Below are positions 21,760 to 35,224 of a stretch of DNA of 64,000 bases, in pieces (within the stretch, counting starts at the first letter, position 1; every line of letters begins with the position of its first letter). The translations under genes were made by a program, and so were the position numbers. The notes under the pieces are model-generated. The model was given only the letters and a program-made list of their open reading frames with translations. It was not told the origin of the DNA and searched no databases. Origin of the DNA: Pristiophorus japonicus (lineage: Eukaryota); NCBI RefSeq assembly GCF_044704955.1, contig NC_091998.1:11842001-11906000 (forward strand), in the 5' to 3' direction.

Positions 21760-22940
21760 GATCACCTATTCCCACCTCCATAACATCGCCCGTCTCTGTC
21801 CTTGCCTCTGCTTATCTGCTGCTGAAACCCTCATCCATGCCTTTGTTACCTCTAGACTTGACTATTCTAATGCTCTCCTAGCTGGCCACCCACTTTAAAC
21901 TCATCCAAAACTCTGCTGCCATTACCCTAACTCGCACCAAGTCCCGCTCACCCATCCCCGCTGTGCTTGCTGACCTACATTGACTCCTGGTCCAGCAATT
22001 CCTCGAAATTAAAATTCTCATCCTGGTTTTCAAATCCCTTGATGGCCTCGCTCCTCCCTGTCTCTGTAACCCCCTCCCGTCCTGAACATCCCCACCGACA
22101 CCTGGGAATCCCTGACCCAAGATCGCTCAAAGTGGAAGAGAATAATCTGGCAAGGCGCCAAACACCTCGAGTTTCTTCGCCGGGAGCACGCGGAAGGAGC
22201 GCACGACAACCCAAGCACCCCACCCAACCGGCCCTTCAACCAATGTCCCTTCAACCATCGTCTGCCCCACCTGTGACGGAGACTGTCGTTCCCGCATCGG
22301 ACTCATCAGTCACCCGAGAACTCATTTTTAGTGTGGAAGCAAGTCATCCTCGACTCCGAGGGACTGCCTAAAAAGAACCTCCTCCAGCCCCACAACCCAC
22401 CTCGGGATCTATGTGCTCCTCTAATTCTGGCTTCTTGAGCATCCCCGATTATAATCACTCAACCATTGCCGGCCATGCCTTTGGCTGCCTTGGGGCCCTA
22501 AACTCTGGAATTCCCACCCTAAAACTCTCCGTCCCTCGATCTTTCTCTCCTCCTTTAAGACCCTCCTTAAAACCTACCTCTTTGACCAGACTTTTGGGCA
22601 CCTGCCTGTTATGTATTTAACCCCTTGTAACCTGCATTACACTACCACCAGAGGGCCTACCTGTTGGGAGTCCCAAGGGATCCCAGCATCTCTTGGGAGC
22701 ACGGTATATAAGCAGGCCACCCACGAGGTACCTGACCTCTGGAGTCTTATTAAAGGAGCTAAGGTCACACTTGTTCATTGTACACAGTACTCAGTTACAT
22801 CTTTTATTATGAATATACCTCTACCCAAATATCTCGTGATGTGGTTCAGTGTCAAATTTTGTTTGAGAACGTTCCCGTGAAGCTCCTTGGGAGGTTTTAC
22901 TGTTTAAAAAGGCGCTATATTTTTGCAAGTTGTTGTTGTC
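21760..22940 (+). mobile_element. L2 3' fragment with nested RTE piece (about 22085-22372) and solo LTR
   Basis: NIARL...AETLIHAFVTSRLDYSNALLAG motif. L2 tail at about 22910-22940. Confidence 0.8.
22607..22820 (+). mobile_element. Gypsy solo LTR
   Basis: TGTTATGT start, TATATAA, ATTAAA. Related to the LTR at 46343. Flanks ctgcc/ctacc resemble a 5-bp TSD. Confidence 0.7.
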
Positions 22941-23529
22941 TAACTGGTCACAATGTACTCCAATCAAATTCCTCTGTATGCTATTTTAACAGAGGCGTTG
23001 GGACCTATAAATAGCACTCAACGCCATTCCCAGGCTTAGCCCGACAAGATGCAGTAACATAATGGAAGTCACACAGAATCAAGGATTATGCCCATTTTGT
23101 GAAGTTGACTGGCCATTCAATTTGATCCACTTCAGCAACGACTGGGATTGAGCTACGGTATGGGCCCAAGTTGGAGGCATTCAAGTTGAAGTGGAGCAGA
23201 GGCCAACCTGTGGCCTATAAAAATCCATCTCGTGTGCTCGCATTACAGCCTGCATTTTATTTTACCAATAGCGCTGGAGATGGAAACTTGGTTAAGAGCC
23301 AAACCGCAAGGCTTTCCCACAGAGCTGGAGGGGGGGGCGACTGGAGAAATCTTGATTAAATGCAGGAAAAATATGCCAAGGCAATTGTTTTGTTGATGCA
23401 AAGAACACTTCTTCAGTGTGGACCTCTCAAACAGCCTAACCAAATAACAGGCAGTAACTACAAGATTATAACGCGTACATACAATAACCTAAAGATAACC
23501 TCGAGATCGAGATGCTGAGATTTAAAAAA

Positions 23530-23990
23530 AAAATATTTGTTCCTGGGATGTGGGTGTCGCTGGTGAAGCCGGCATTTGTTGCCCATCCCGGATTACCCTC
23601 GAGAAGGTGGTGGTGAGCCGCATTTTTGAACGCTGAAGTCCATCTTCTCTGTAGTGGTTTGGTGGCCATTTCAGAGGGGCAGTTAAGAGCCAACCACATT
23701 GTGGGTCTGGAGTCACATACGGGCCAGACCGAGGTAAGGGAGACAGATTTTCTTCCCTAAAGGGCATTAGTGAACCATGAGGGGTTTTTACGACAATCCG
23801 ATAGTCTCATGGCCACCATTACGGACACTGTAGCTTTTAAATTCCAGATTTTTTTAATCAACTGAATTTAAATTCCCCAGCTGCCGCGGTGGGATTTGAA
23901 CTCATGTCTCTGGATAATTAGTCCAGGCCTCTGGATCACTAGTCTAGTAACATAACCACGATACTCCCGTACCCCTTACAGCCTTAACCA
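23530..23990 (-). mobile_element. Second tRNA-headed SINE family
   Basis: B-box gagttcaaatccc on the minus strand. A homologous copy lies at 43870-44250 and a fragment at 11012-11060. Confidence 0.7.
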
Positions 23991-24429
23991 TGGAACAAAG
24001 AGCATAAAATGAGGGGAACACATGCCAAGGCACCCGCCCACCTCCCCAAATTCTTTTTGACCTAGGTTGGCCTTCCTTGTGTGCTCTCCAAATCCCAAAG
24101 TGCCCCAGATGCCAGCCCCTAAAAGCTACACAAGTGACTTCTGTTCTGGTTAACGCACATCCATGGTGATGCTCTTTACACATGAAGCCAATCTTCCCTC
24201 GGATATCTTTGTTGGTGCGCGATCCATTCAAATTTCAGCGCATACGTGGTTTTTCCATCGTAAAGCCATTGAGCGGCCTGCGCGGAACCTCTAAACCGCT
24301 ATGCGGCTGCACGGGAACATTGCTTGAAGCCTCCTTTAATCTGCCCAATGACGGTTCTTAAACGGCAGATTATTTTAGTGTCATTTAGAATCAAGAGGAT
24401 TTGGTCCTGTACCTTGGGCTTGTACTGAC

Positions 24430-25072
24430 ACACAAAAACAGATTATCCGGTGATTATCACGTTGCTGTTTGTGGGAGCTTGCTGTGCACAAATCGGCTGC
24501 CGCGTTTCCTACATTACAACAGTGACTGCACTCCAAAAGTATTTCATTGGCTGTAAAGCTCTTTGGGGAGTCCTGAGATTGTGAAAGGTGCTATATAAAA
24601 CAAAGAAGAGGAAGAAGAAAGAAGAGAAGAAAGAAGAGAGTAAGAAAGAAAAAGAAGAAAGAAAAAGAAGTACTTTTGGAGTGTAGTCACTGTTGTAATG
24701 TGGGAAATGCAGCAGCCAATTTGCGCACTGCAAGCTCCCACAAACAGCAATGAGATAATGACCAGATAATCTGTTTTTTTGTTATGTTGATTGAGGGATA
24801 AATATTGGCCCCAGGACACCGGGGATAACTCCCCTGCTCGTCTTCGAAATAGTGCCATGGGATCTTTAACGTCCACTTGAGAGAGCAGACGGGGCCTCGC
24901 TTTAACGTCTCATTAGAAAGACGGCATCTCCGACAGTGCAGCACTCCCTCAGCACTGCACTGGGAGTGTCAGCCGAGATTTATTTTGTGCTCAAGTCCCG
25001 AGAGTGGGACTTGAACCCACAACCTTCTGACTCAGAGGCGAGGGTGCAGCCCACTGAGCCACAGCTGACACT
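24430..25072. mobile_element. Two Deu-type SINEs tail-to-tail (plus 24430-24600; minus 24667-25072) separated by a GAA-rich tract
   Basis: Direct match to the SINE consensus in both orientations. Confidence 0.85.
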
Positions 25073-25654
25073 AAATGCAAGTTTTTTCTTTACGTGGGCC
25101 CGGATGGAGCCTAGCTAAAGCCACCTCAAGCAGAACTCTTGAACAGTCAGCAGGGAGCTTGGCCTGGGTTCAACCAACAAGTCGCAGTATCGGTGAACGG
25201 GCAGCGTGTGTCCTGAGCAGACGTTACCGAGCTACGAATCAGAAGTGCGGTAATCCACATGTGCCATCTAACAAAACACAAGCGGAAGTTCCAAAGGCAG
25301 CTTGTTGCCATGGCAAACCAAGTGTAAAGGTCAGGAAAATAAAAGGAGGAATTCAAGTTAATAAAATGCAAATGGGAGCACTGCATTGATGTAAACATTA
25401 GTGGATGACGGAGCAATCGAATGCAGCAACTCCATAACCGGTTTAACTGGTCACAATGCACTAATTGTTTAACTATTTACCAATAGTTTTTATACCAACC
25501 CAACGTTTCAAGTGAAGATTTACCAGCTGTTTCAATATTACATACAGCAAGTAACTGCGTTGCAGAACAGTCAAATTAGTTTCAATTACTTTTGTCAATC
25601 ATTTTTTTTCTCAATTTAACATGGTTACGTGTCAGCTGTGGCTCAGTGGGCAGA

Positions 25655-26862
25655 TCCTTACCAACGGATCCATTACAGACCCAATCCACATCCGGACCAG
25701 GGTCGAACAGGGCTGCGTCATCACTCCAACCCTCTTCTCAATATTCCCTCCTGCCATGCTCCACCTCACATTCAACAAGCTCCCCGCTGGAATGGAACGA
25801 AACTACCGAACCAGAGGGAACCTGTTTAACCTTCGCCGTTTCCAGGCCAGGTCCAAGACCACCTCAACCTCTGTCGTCGAGCTACAGTACACGCACGATG
25901 CCTGAGTCTGCGCACATACAGAGGCTGAACTCCAGGATATAGTCGATGTATTTACTGAGGCGTACGAAGCATGGGCCTTACGCTAAACATCCTCCACCAG
26001 CCTGTCCTCACCGCACAGCACTGCTCCCAAGTCATCAAGATCCACGGCGCGGCCCTGGGCAACGTGGACCATTTCCCATGTCTCGGGAGCCTCTTATCAT
26101 CAAGAGCAGACATTGATGACGAGATTCAACACCGCCTCCAGTGCACCAGTGCATCCTTCAGCCGCCTGAGGAAAAGAGTGTTCGAAGACCAGGCCTTCAA
26201 ATCTGCCACCAAGCTCATGATCTACAGGGCTGTAGTAATACCCGCCCTCCTGTATGGCTCAGAGACATGGACCATGTACAGTGGACACCAAGTCGCTGGA
26301 GAAATACCACCAATGATGTCTCGGCAAGATCCTACAAAACCCAGTGGAAGGACAGGCTCACCAACATTAGGCCAACCAGGCTAACATCCCCAGCATTGAA
26401 GCACTGATCACACTTGATCAGCTCGGCTGGGCAGGCCACATTGTCTGCATGCCAGACACGAGACTCCCAAAGCAAGCACTCTACTCGGAACTCCTTCACG
26501 GCAAACGGGCCAAAGGTGGGCAGAGGAAACGATACAGGATAACCCTCAGAAAAAGTGCAACATCCCCACTGACACCTGGGAGTCCCTGGCCAAAGACCGC
26601 CCTAAGTGGAGGAAGTGCATCTGGGAGGGCGCCGAGCACCTCGAGTCTCGTCGCCGAGAGCATGCAGAAACCAAGCGCAGGCAGCGGAAAGAGCGTGCAA
26701 CAAACCAGTCCCACCCTCCCTTACCCTCAACGACTATCTGCCCCACCTGTGACAGGGACTGTGGCTCTCGTATTGGACTGTCCAGCCACCCGAAGACTCA
26801 TTTTAAGAGTGGAAGAAAGTCTTCCTCGACTCCGCGGGACTGCGTATGGTGATAATGATGAA
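25655..26862 (+). mobile_element. RTE-clade LINE 3' portion (RT C-terminus), decayed
   Basis: V(K/E)QGCVITPTLFSIF, ELQY.., VDHFPCLGS, PALLYGSETW, RMPDTRLPKQ. Confidence 0.92.
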
Positions 26863-27269
26863 AGTAATTAACGAGGTCGTACTTATCACTAAAAACTCAC
26901 AGCCTCACGAACAGCACTGCAATCCTCTTGGATCTAGAGTATTATGGAGGTCAGAGAAATAAGTCATGTGATTTAATTCCCCTGGAGACCTGTTTAATAC
27001 ATCACATACCCACAAACAAAGAGGCTATTTTATTACAACTGTGTTTGAAAAGGAGTGATCATTTCGGTCAGCGGGGAAAGTAATCTGAATCACCCAAGCT
27101 GGTAATTGGAACACCCAAAGGAACAAACCCCGACTGTGGGTTGAGTCACAACCTGATGGACCACCTTGACCCTGGAATATCTAAACAACAATAATGTACA
27201 TTGATGCAATGTTCTTCGCGATAAATAAACTTTCCAGGGCACTTTACGATGGCGAGAGTTGGGCACTTG

Positions 27270-27722
27270 GAAAAGACTTGCATTCATATAGCGCCTTTCA
27301 TGAACACCGGATGGCTCAAAGCGCTTTACAGCCAATGAAGCACTGTTGTAATGTGGGAAACGCAGCAGCCAATTTGCACACAGCAAGCTCCCACAAACAA
27401 CAATGTGATAATGACCAGATAATCTGTTTTTTTGGTTATGTTGTTTGAGGGATAAATATTGGCCAAGACACCAGGGATAACTCCCCTGCTCTTCTTCGAA
27501 ATAGTGCCATGGGATCTTTTACATCCACTTGAGGGGGCAGATGGGGCCTCAGTTTAACATCTCATCTGAAAGACGGCACCTCCGACAGTGAGGCGCTCCC
27601 TGAGCACAGCACTGGAGTGTCAGCCTAGAATTTGTGTGCTCCAGTCCCTGGAGTGAGATTTAAACCCACAACCTTCTGACTCAGAGGCGAGTGTGCTGCC
27701 CACTGAGCCACAGGTGACACTC
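27270..27722 (-). mobile_element. Deu-type tRNA SINE
   Basis: Reverse complement of the consensus. Confidence 0.88.
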
Positions 27723-27779
27723 CAGTACAGTGTTGAGGGATTTGGGTGAAAGAACAGGGCATGGGTGGGTAGGGAAGAG

Positions 27780-28021
27780 ACTCAGGGCGCTGAGCACCTC
27801 GAGTCTCGTCACTGAGAGCATTACAGAAACCAAGCGCGGGCAGTGGAAGGAGCGTGCGGCAAACCAGACTCCCCACCCACTCTTTCCTCCAACCACTATC
27901 TGTCCCACCTGTGACAGAGTCTGTAATTCCCATATTGCACTGTTCAGTCACCTGAGAACTCACTTTTAGAGTGGAAGCAAGTCTTCCTCGATTTCGAGGG
28001 ACTGCCTATGATGATGATGAG
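27780..28021 (+). mobile_element. RTE 3' end
   Basis: TICPTCDRVC..HIALFSHLRTHF and (TGA)n tail. Confidence 0.85.
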
Positions 28022-28425
28022 TTTTTATAATTAAGTCACACAGGACCTGTACCCTTCCTGCTCACTCTTTTTTTGAAAGTTTGTCAACACATCTATGTCC
28101 TTTTGGAGGTAGGGGTTTAAAACTGAAGAGAATACGGCAGAATTCTCTCTCTCTCTCTCTCTCTCTCTTTTTCCTTCACCCCCCCCTCCCCTCTCCTCTC
28201 CCCCACCCCCCCTCCTCTATCTTCCCCCCTCCCCCCCTCTCAGCCCTCTCTCCCCCCTACCCCCTCCTCCCCCCCCCACCATTGAGCTGTGTAACCTGTT
28301 CAATGGAGTGCCTCACTCTTACTGGATGTGAAAGGCGCTATATAAATGCAAGTCTTTCTTTTTTTTCTTCCTTCATCCTGAATCTACACGCTTCAAAAAC
28401 TGAGATTTCAATTTCACCGAATTAT

Positions 28426-28671
28426 GGGCCCAACATTATGGGCCCAACCACTTTTTTTGGGCACACTACCGGCCCGCTGAGTTCCCAGGCGAGGTAGGAC
28501 TCCGCTTTTATTTTTTATTTAGTGGACACGTGTGCTTGAGAGTTTTGATTGGTGTTGGGGGAGGGGGTGGGGGGGGAAGAGGAGGAGAGTTTTGGCGTGG
28601 GGGGGGGGAAAAGAGAGAAAGAGTGTATTGGGGGGGGGGGGGGGAGAGAAAGAGTGCTTTGTATACCAGCA

Positions 28672-28706
<35 letters not shown>

Positions 28707-29179
28707 CTACACCCCCCTCCCCCAACCCCGTGACGTCGCGGCAACTCGCATTTCTCCGGTAGGATTTACTTCATTTTTTATTAATATTTTAATTGTTTGA
28801 GCTTTTCCTTGCAATGTTTGGTGCTTGGTTGTTGAGGTCCTCTCCAGTTCCCTTCCCTCCCCTATCCCTGCCCTAATGTCTGCCGAATGTGCGCTGCTTT
28901 TTCTTCACTGCCCGCAAGGTTTTTCAGAGCTGGCCACATATGCTGACCTAAGTGGATTTGGAGTAAGTTTTTGCTGGCCAAAGTGGCATAAATGGCCCAA
29001 ACTGGCGTAAGTGTCTGGGAACGCCCCCTTTTGAAAAAAAAAATTGACCTAAAAAAAATCCTAACTGACTTACTCCGGAGCAAATTTTTGGGGAAAAAAA
29101 TTGTATTTTTTTTTTAAACTTCGGCCAGAAAAAACTTACTCCAAAAAAATTGATGCAAGTCATGGCCAAAGTCGGGCCC
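28426..29179. mobile_element. Putative non-autonomous DNA transposon (MITE) with GGGCCC(A/G)AC termini and internal simple repeats
   Basis: atgggcccaac on the left (duplicated 14-mer) and gtcgggcccat on the right. TSD unclear. Confidence 0.45.
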
Positions 29180-29519
29180 ATTGTTCAAACATTGTCCAGT
29201 ATTGAGAGTGTCCGGTATTGAACAACAACCTGCTGTGGAACAGATCAGCTGAGTACAGCAAGGCGAAAGGCTCAGAGTTGAGGGGGGGTCAGGTGATGTT
29301 GAGGTAGTCCTACTTGTGGCAAAAAACAAACCACAAAAGGGTTTCATATTCCCTTTCACTTTAATCTGGTAACCAAAAGAAACCCCAAGCAAGGTCAGAA
29401 GGACTCCATTCCAACTGGAAGTCGAGTTCAGGCCAATTGGTAGCAGAGAAAGCAGACTTGCTTCTCGCTGAAACACATATCGACAACATGCATGAGTTGG
29501 CTTTGCACAAGGGGAATAA

Positions 29520-29990
29520 AGAAGAAAGACTTGCATTTATATAGCACCTTTCCCAACCACCAGACGTTTCAAAGTGCTTTACAGCCAATGAAGTACTTTT
29601 GGAGCGTAGTCATTGTTGTAATGTGGGAAACGCAGCAGCCAATTTGCGCACAGTAAGCTCCTACACACAGCAATGTGACAATGACCAGATAATCTGTATG
29701 TTGTGATATTGATTGAGGGATAAATATTAGGCCAGGACATCAGGGATTACTCCCCCTGCTCTTCTTCGAAATAGTGCCATGGGATCTTTTACATCCACCT
29801 GAGAGAGCAGACGGGGCCTCGGTTTAACGTCTCATCCGAAAGACGGCACCTCCGACAGTGCAGTGCTCCCTCAGCACTGCAGTGGGAGGGTCAACCTAGA
29901 TTTATGTGCTCAGGTCCCTGGAACGGGACTTGAACCCACAACCTTCTGACTCAGAGGCGAGGGTGCTATCTGCTGAGCCACTGCTGACAA
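29520..29990 (-). mobile_element. Deu-type tRNA SINE, full length
   Basis: Reverse complement of the consensus. A 3' half copy follows on the plus strand at 30093-30280. Confidence 0.9.
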
Positions 29991-31217
29991 TACATGGAAT
30001 TTTCTGCAACCCCCAACTTCAAAAGATTCCTGAACCGACCTGTAACTCACCCAACATAAATATATTTATTTTTATTCCGCAAACAAACACGTAAAAACAG
30101 ATTATCTGGTCATTATCACATCGCTGCTTGTGGGAGCTTGCTGTGCGCAAATTGGCCGTCATGATTCTCACATTACAACAGTGACTACATTTGAAAAAGT
30201 ACTTCGTTGGCTGTAAAACGCTTTGGGAAGTCCCGAAGTCATGAAAGGCGCTATATAAATGCAAGTCTTTCTTTTTCTTTCCATGGGGTGTCAATTATTG
30301 CTCTACCCTGACCTGCGTGACTTATTTTTCCTTCCCCCCCCCCCACCCCCCGACCCTTGTACAAATTGACTAATTTCTCCACGTCCCCAAACCCCAGGGA
30401 GAAGAAGAAGTGGATGGGAAGCCGAGTCTTGGGGTTTGAGCCCACATCTCCCGGCAACAGTGACTAGACTTCAAAAGTGTTTCATTGGCTGTGAAGCGCT
30501 TTGGGACGTCCGGTGGTTGTGAAAGGCGCTCGCTACAGAAATGCAAGCCTTTCTATATTTCCCTCCAATACAAGCATTAGCCATTTTGTCCGTCCGAATT
30601 AACCAGACAGGAAACGGGCGATACTCTTAGTCATAAACTGGAGCAAGTGATACATACACCTGCATCAAGGATATAATGATCCATATGTATTGCTGTGCGC
30701 AAAATGACAGACCTGCTTATCCGAAAAGGGAAGGGAAAGGGAAGGTGGAGTTCAATAATATTAAGTTAAATTTAGATGCAAAAGTAGCAACTACCAATTG
30801 CATAGACACAGCCGTATTATGCTGATGGTTTGTTGCCAAAATGTTTAGAATAGCAATGCAAGCACTCGGAGACCAATTTGTGCAGGAATGCTCCTCTGAA
30901 AGGTGTGGTCCTGCCAATAGAGGACAGGTAAATTGAACACATTGCTTACACTGAGAAACCATACACCACAAGGGCAGGCATCCAGGAAATGTTGTCAAAA
31001 TATCGCCAGGGCATTTTGCAGGAGATGCGAGTTCTGGCTTTGTGAGACCAGGCGCGCTCAAGGTAAATCTCGCAGCACCGTGCAAGGTTTGATAACAAAC
31101 ACTTACTTTTAGTTACATCTCAGGTCCTCCACACAATGAATGACTTTGAAATGGGGCCAATACGGCAGCCATTCTGGACAAGAAAGTAAAAACTCTGAAC
31201 TTGCAGCACTCCATTCT

Positions 31218-31918
31218 CCCTTGTACACCAGTCATTGAAAGCAAACCTGCAGGTGCAGCAAGCAGTTCGGAAGGCAAATGGTATGTTGGCCTTCATTGCA
31301 AGAGGATTTGAGTATAGGAGCAAGGATGTCTTACTACAGTTCGACGGGGCCTTGGTGAGACCGCACCTGGAGTATTGTGTGCAGTTTTGGTCTCCTTACC
31401 CAAGAAAGGATATACTTGCCATAGAGGGAGTGCAGCGAAGGTTCACCAGACTGATTTCTCATACGACAGTCCTGCCATCCCAGGAGAGATTGGGTCGACT
31501 AGGCCTGTAGTCATTAGAGTTTAGAAGAATGAGAGGGAATCTCATGGAAACATATAAAATTGGAGAGACTGGATGCAGGGAGGATGTTTCCCCGGGCTGG
31601 GAAGTCGAGAACAAGGGGTCACAGTCTCAGGATACGGGGTAGGAAATTTAGGACCGAGATGAGGAGAAATTTTTTCACTCAGAGGGTGGTGAACCTGTGG
31701 AACTCTCTACCACAGAAGGCTGTGGAAGCCAAGTCACTGAATATATTTAAGAGGGAGATAGATAGATTTCTAGAAACAAAAGACATCAAGGGGTTTGGGG
31801 AAAAAGCGGGAATGTGGTGTGGAGATAGATGATCAGCCATGATCATAGTGAACGGCGGTGCAGACTCCAAGGGCCGAATGGTCTACTACTGCTCCTAGTT
31901 TCTATGTTTCTATGTTTC
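31218..31918 (+). mobile_element. CR1 3' fragment
   Basis: ORFs 31235..31510 and 31560..31832, octamer tail. Confidence 0.9.
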
Positions 31919-34525
31919 TCAGGTCCAACCCTGATATTATCACTAAACCTGCTGATAAGAGAGGCACTGTTGTTATCTGTCGAACCTTGCGGAAGCTGAA
32001 CACCAACTCTCCAACACTTCCTCAGACCTCCTCATGGACCTTGACCCCACCACCGAACATCAAGCCATCATTTCTAATACTGTTACAGACCTCATCTCCT
32101 CTGGTGATCTTCCCCCCCACGGCCTCCAACCTCAGTCCCCCAACCCCGCACAGCCCGTTTCTACCTCCGTCCCAAGATCCACAAACAGGACTGCCCCAGT
32201 AGACCCATTATTTCAGCCCGTTCTTGCCCCACGGAACTTATTTCTTCCCATCTCGAGTCCATTTTGCCTCCACTTGTCCAGTCTCTTCTGACATACACCC
32301 TCCACCACTTTAACAGTTTCCTGGCCCTAACCATCTCCTTTTCACCATGGAGGTCCAATCCCTCTACGTCCAATCCACCCCCGCCAGTCAGCCTGAGGGC
32401 GATTCGCTTCATCCGTAAAGAGAGGCCCAACCAGTCCCCATCCACCACCCTCACCGCCTGGCTGAACTTGATCTCACATTGAACAACTTCTCCTCTGACA
32501 CCTCTCACTTCCTCCAAATAAAAAGCTGTTGCTATGAGAAGCTGTATGGGCCCTAGCTATGCCTGCCTTTACGTGGGATATGTAGAACATTCTTTGTTTC
32601 AGTCTTACTCACGTCCCCTCTCTCTCCTCTTTTTCCAGTACATTGATGACTGTATTGGTGCTGTTTCCTGCTCTCGCCCTGAACCGGAAAATTTCATCAA
32701 CTTTGCTTCATCAACTAAGCAGGGAGGTCTTACTGCAGTTGTACAGGGCCTTGGTGAGGCCTCACCTGGAGTATTGTGTTCAGTTTTGGTCTCCTGATTT
32801 GAGGAAGGACGTTCTTGCTATTGAGGGAGTGCAGCGAAGGTTCACCAGACTGATTCCCGGGATGGCTGGACTGACATATGAGGAGAGACTGGAGCAACTA
32901 GGCCTGTGAGAGGGGATCTTATAGAAACATATAAAATTCTGACGGGTCTGGACAGGTTAGATGCAGGAAGAATGTTCCCGATGTTGGAGAAGTCCAGAAC
33001 CAGAAGAGGATAAGGGGTAAGCCATTTAGGACCGAGATGAGGAGAAACTTCTTCACTCAGAGAGTTGTTAACCTGTGGAATTCTCTACCGCAGAGAGTTG
33101 TTGATGCCAGTTCGTTAGATATATTCAAGAGGGAGTTAGATATGGCCCTTATGGCTAAAGGGATAAAGGGGTATGGAGAGAAAGCAGGAAAGGGTACTGA
33201 GGTGAATGATCAACCATGATTTATGAATGGTGGTGCAGGCTCGAAGGGCCCCGAATGACCTGCTCCTGCACCTATTTTCTATATTTCTATGTTTCTAATT
33301 TCCACCCTTCCCTCACATTCACATGGTCCATCTCCAACTCTTCCCTACCCTTCCTTGACTTCTCTATCTCCACTTCTGAGGCTAGGTTATCGACCAATAT
33401 CTATTATAAGCCAACGGACTCCCACAGCTACCTAGACTACACTTCCTCCCACCCAGCTACCTGTAGGGACTCTATTCCATTCTCCCGGTTTCTTCGTCGC
33501 ATCTGTTCTGACGATGCCACTTTCCATTCTAGTGCTTCCAGTATGCCTTTCTTTTCCCTCAACCGAGGATTCCCCTCCAGCATGGTTGACATGGCCCTCG
33601 ACCGTGTCCATTCTATTTCACGCACCTCTGTTTTCACCCCTTCCCTCCCTCCCAGAACCACGGTAGAGTTCCCCATGATCCTCACCGTTCACCCCACCAG
33701 CCTCCACATTCAACGGATCGTCCTCTGCCATTTCAGCCACCTCCAGCGTGATCCCACCACCAATCACATCATCCCCTCCCCTCCTCTCCCAAAGGGACCG
33801 CTCCCTCTGCGGCACCCTGGTCCAATTCCGCAGTCACCCCCAGCATCCCCTCCTCTTCCCACGGCACCTTCCCGTGCAAGCGCAGGAGATGCATCACCTG
33901 CCCTTTTACCTCCTCCCTTCCCACTATCCAGGACCCCAAACACTCCTTCCAGATGTGAAAGCGATTTACTTGTACTTGTTTCAATGTAGTATACTGAATT
34001 CGCTGCTCACGATGTGGTCTCCTCTACATTAGGGAGACCAAGCGTAGATTGGGTGACCGCTTTGCCGAACACCTCCATTCAGACCGTAAGTGTGACCCCG
34101 AGCTTCCGGTTGCCTGTCACTTAAATCCTCCGTACCTCTCGCCCTCTGACCTCTCCGTCCTCGGCCTCTTACACTGTTCCAATGAAGTTCAACGCAAGCT
34201 CGAGGAACACTTTATCTTTCGATGAGGCACTTTACAGACTCGTCATCGAGTTCAGCAATTTCAGATCAAAGCCACTGCTCCCAATGTTTCAAGCAGTAGC
34301 TGCTGTAATGATTCCGCTGTTCATTAAATCACTCCTGCCTTCCAGCCTATCGCGGACCTTCTCGTTTGTTCTTTCCGCCCCGCCGCCCTTTCCCTGCACC
34401 CGTGCTGGCTAAAAAACCTGTTACCTGTGTGACGTATTCCTCACAGACCTGAAACGTTAACTCGGTTTCACTCTCCATAGATGCTGCCTGGCCTGCTGAG
34501 TGTTTCCAGCATTTTCTATTTAAAT
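31919..34525 (+). mobile_element. Decayed Penelope-like element (RT and GIY-YIG endonuclease), split by a CR1 insertion
   Basis: KPADK(R)G, MGPSYACLYVG, FQYIDD, LPFLD, YYKPTDSHSYLDYTSSHP, IPFS..RICS, and NVVY*IRCSRCGLLYI.ET.RRL..RF.EH. Confidence 0.88.
32717..33297 (+). mobile_element. CR1 3' fragment nested in the PLE
   Basis: [20 protein letters not shown] through to the ttctatgtttcta tail. The PLE frame resumes after it. Confidence 0.9.
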
Positions 34526-34580
34526 AAAACATTTATTTAGCACCTTTCACAACTCCAGGACGTCTTGAAGCACTTTTGAG

Positions 34581-35218
34581 TGCGAGAGGATTTGAGTATA
34601 GGAGCAGGGAGGTCTTACTGCAGTTGTACAGGGCCTTGGTGAGGCCACACCTTGAATATTGTGTACAGTTTTGGTCTCCTAATCTGAGGAAGGACATTCT
34701 TGCTATTGAGGGAGTGCAGCAAAAGTTCACCAGACTGATTCCCGGGATGGCAGGGCTGACATAAGAAAGAAAGACTGGGTCGACTATGTTTATATTCTCT
34801 GGAATTTAGACGAATGAGAGGGGATCTCATAGAAACGTATAAAATTCTGACGGTATTGGACAGTTTAGAGGCAGGAAGAATGTTCCCAATGTTGGGGAAG
34901 TCCAGAACCAGGGGTCACAGTCTAAGGATAATGGGTAAGCCATTTAGGACTGAGATGAGGAGAAACGTCTTCACTCAGAGAATTGTGAATCTGTGGAATT
35001 CTCTACCGCAGAGAGTTGTTGAGGCCAGTTCGTTAGGTATATTCAAAAGGGAGTTAGATGTGGCCCTTACGGCTAAAGGGATCAAGGGGGATGGAGAGAA
35101 AGCAGGAATGGGATACTGAAGTGCATGATCAGCCATGATCATATTGAATGGTGGTGCAGGCTCGAAGGGACAAATGGCCTACTCCTACACCTATTTTCTA
35201 TGTTTCTATGTTTCTATG
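34581..35218 (+). mobile_element. CR1 3' fragment
   Basis: ORFs 34576..34764 and 34814..35119, octamer tail. Confidence 0.9.
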
Positions 35219-35224
35219 CAACAG

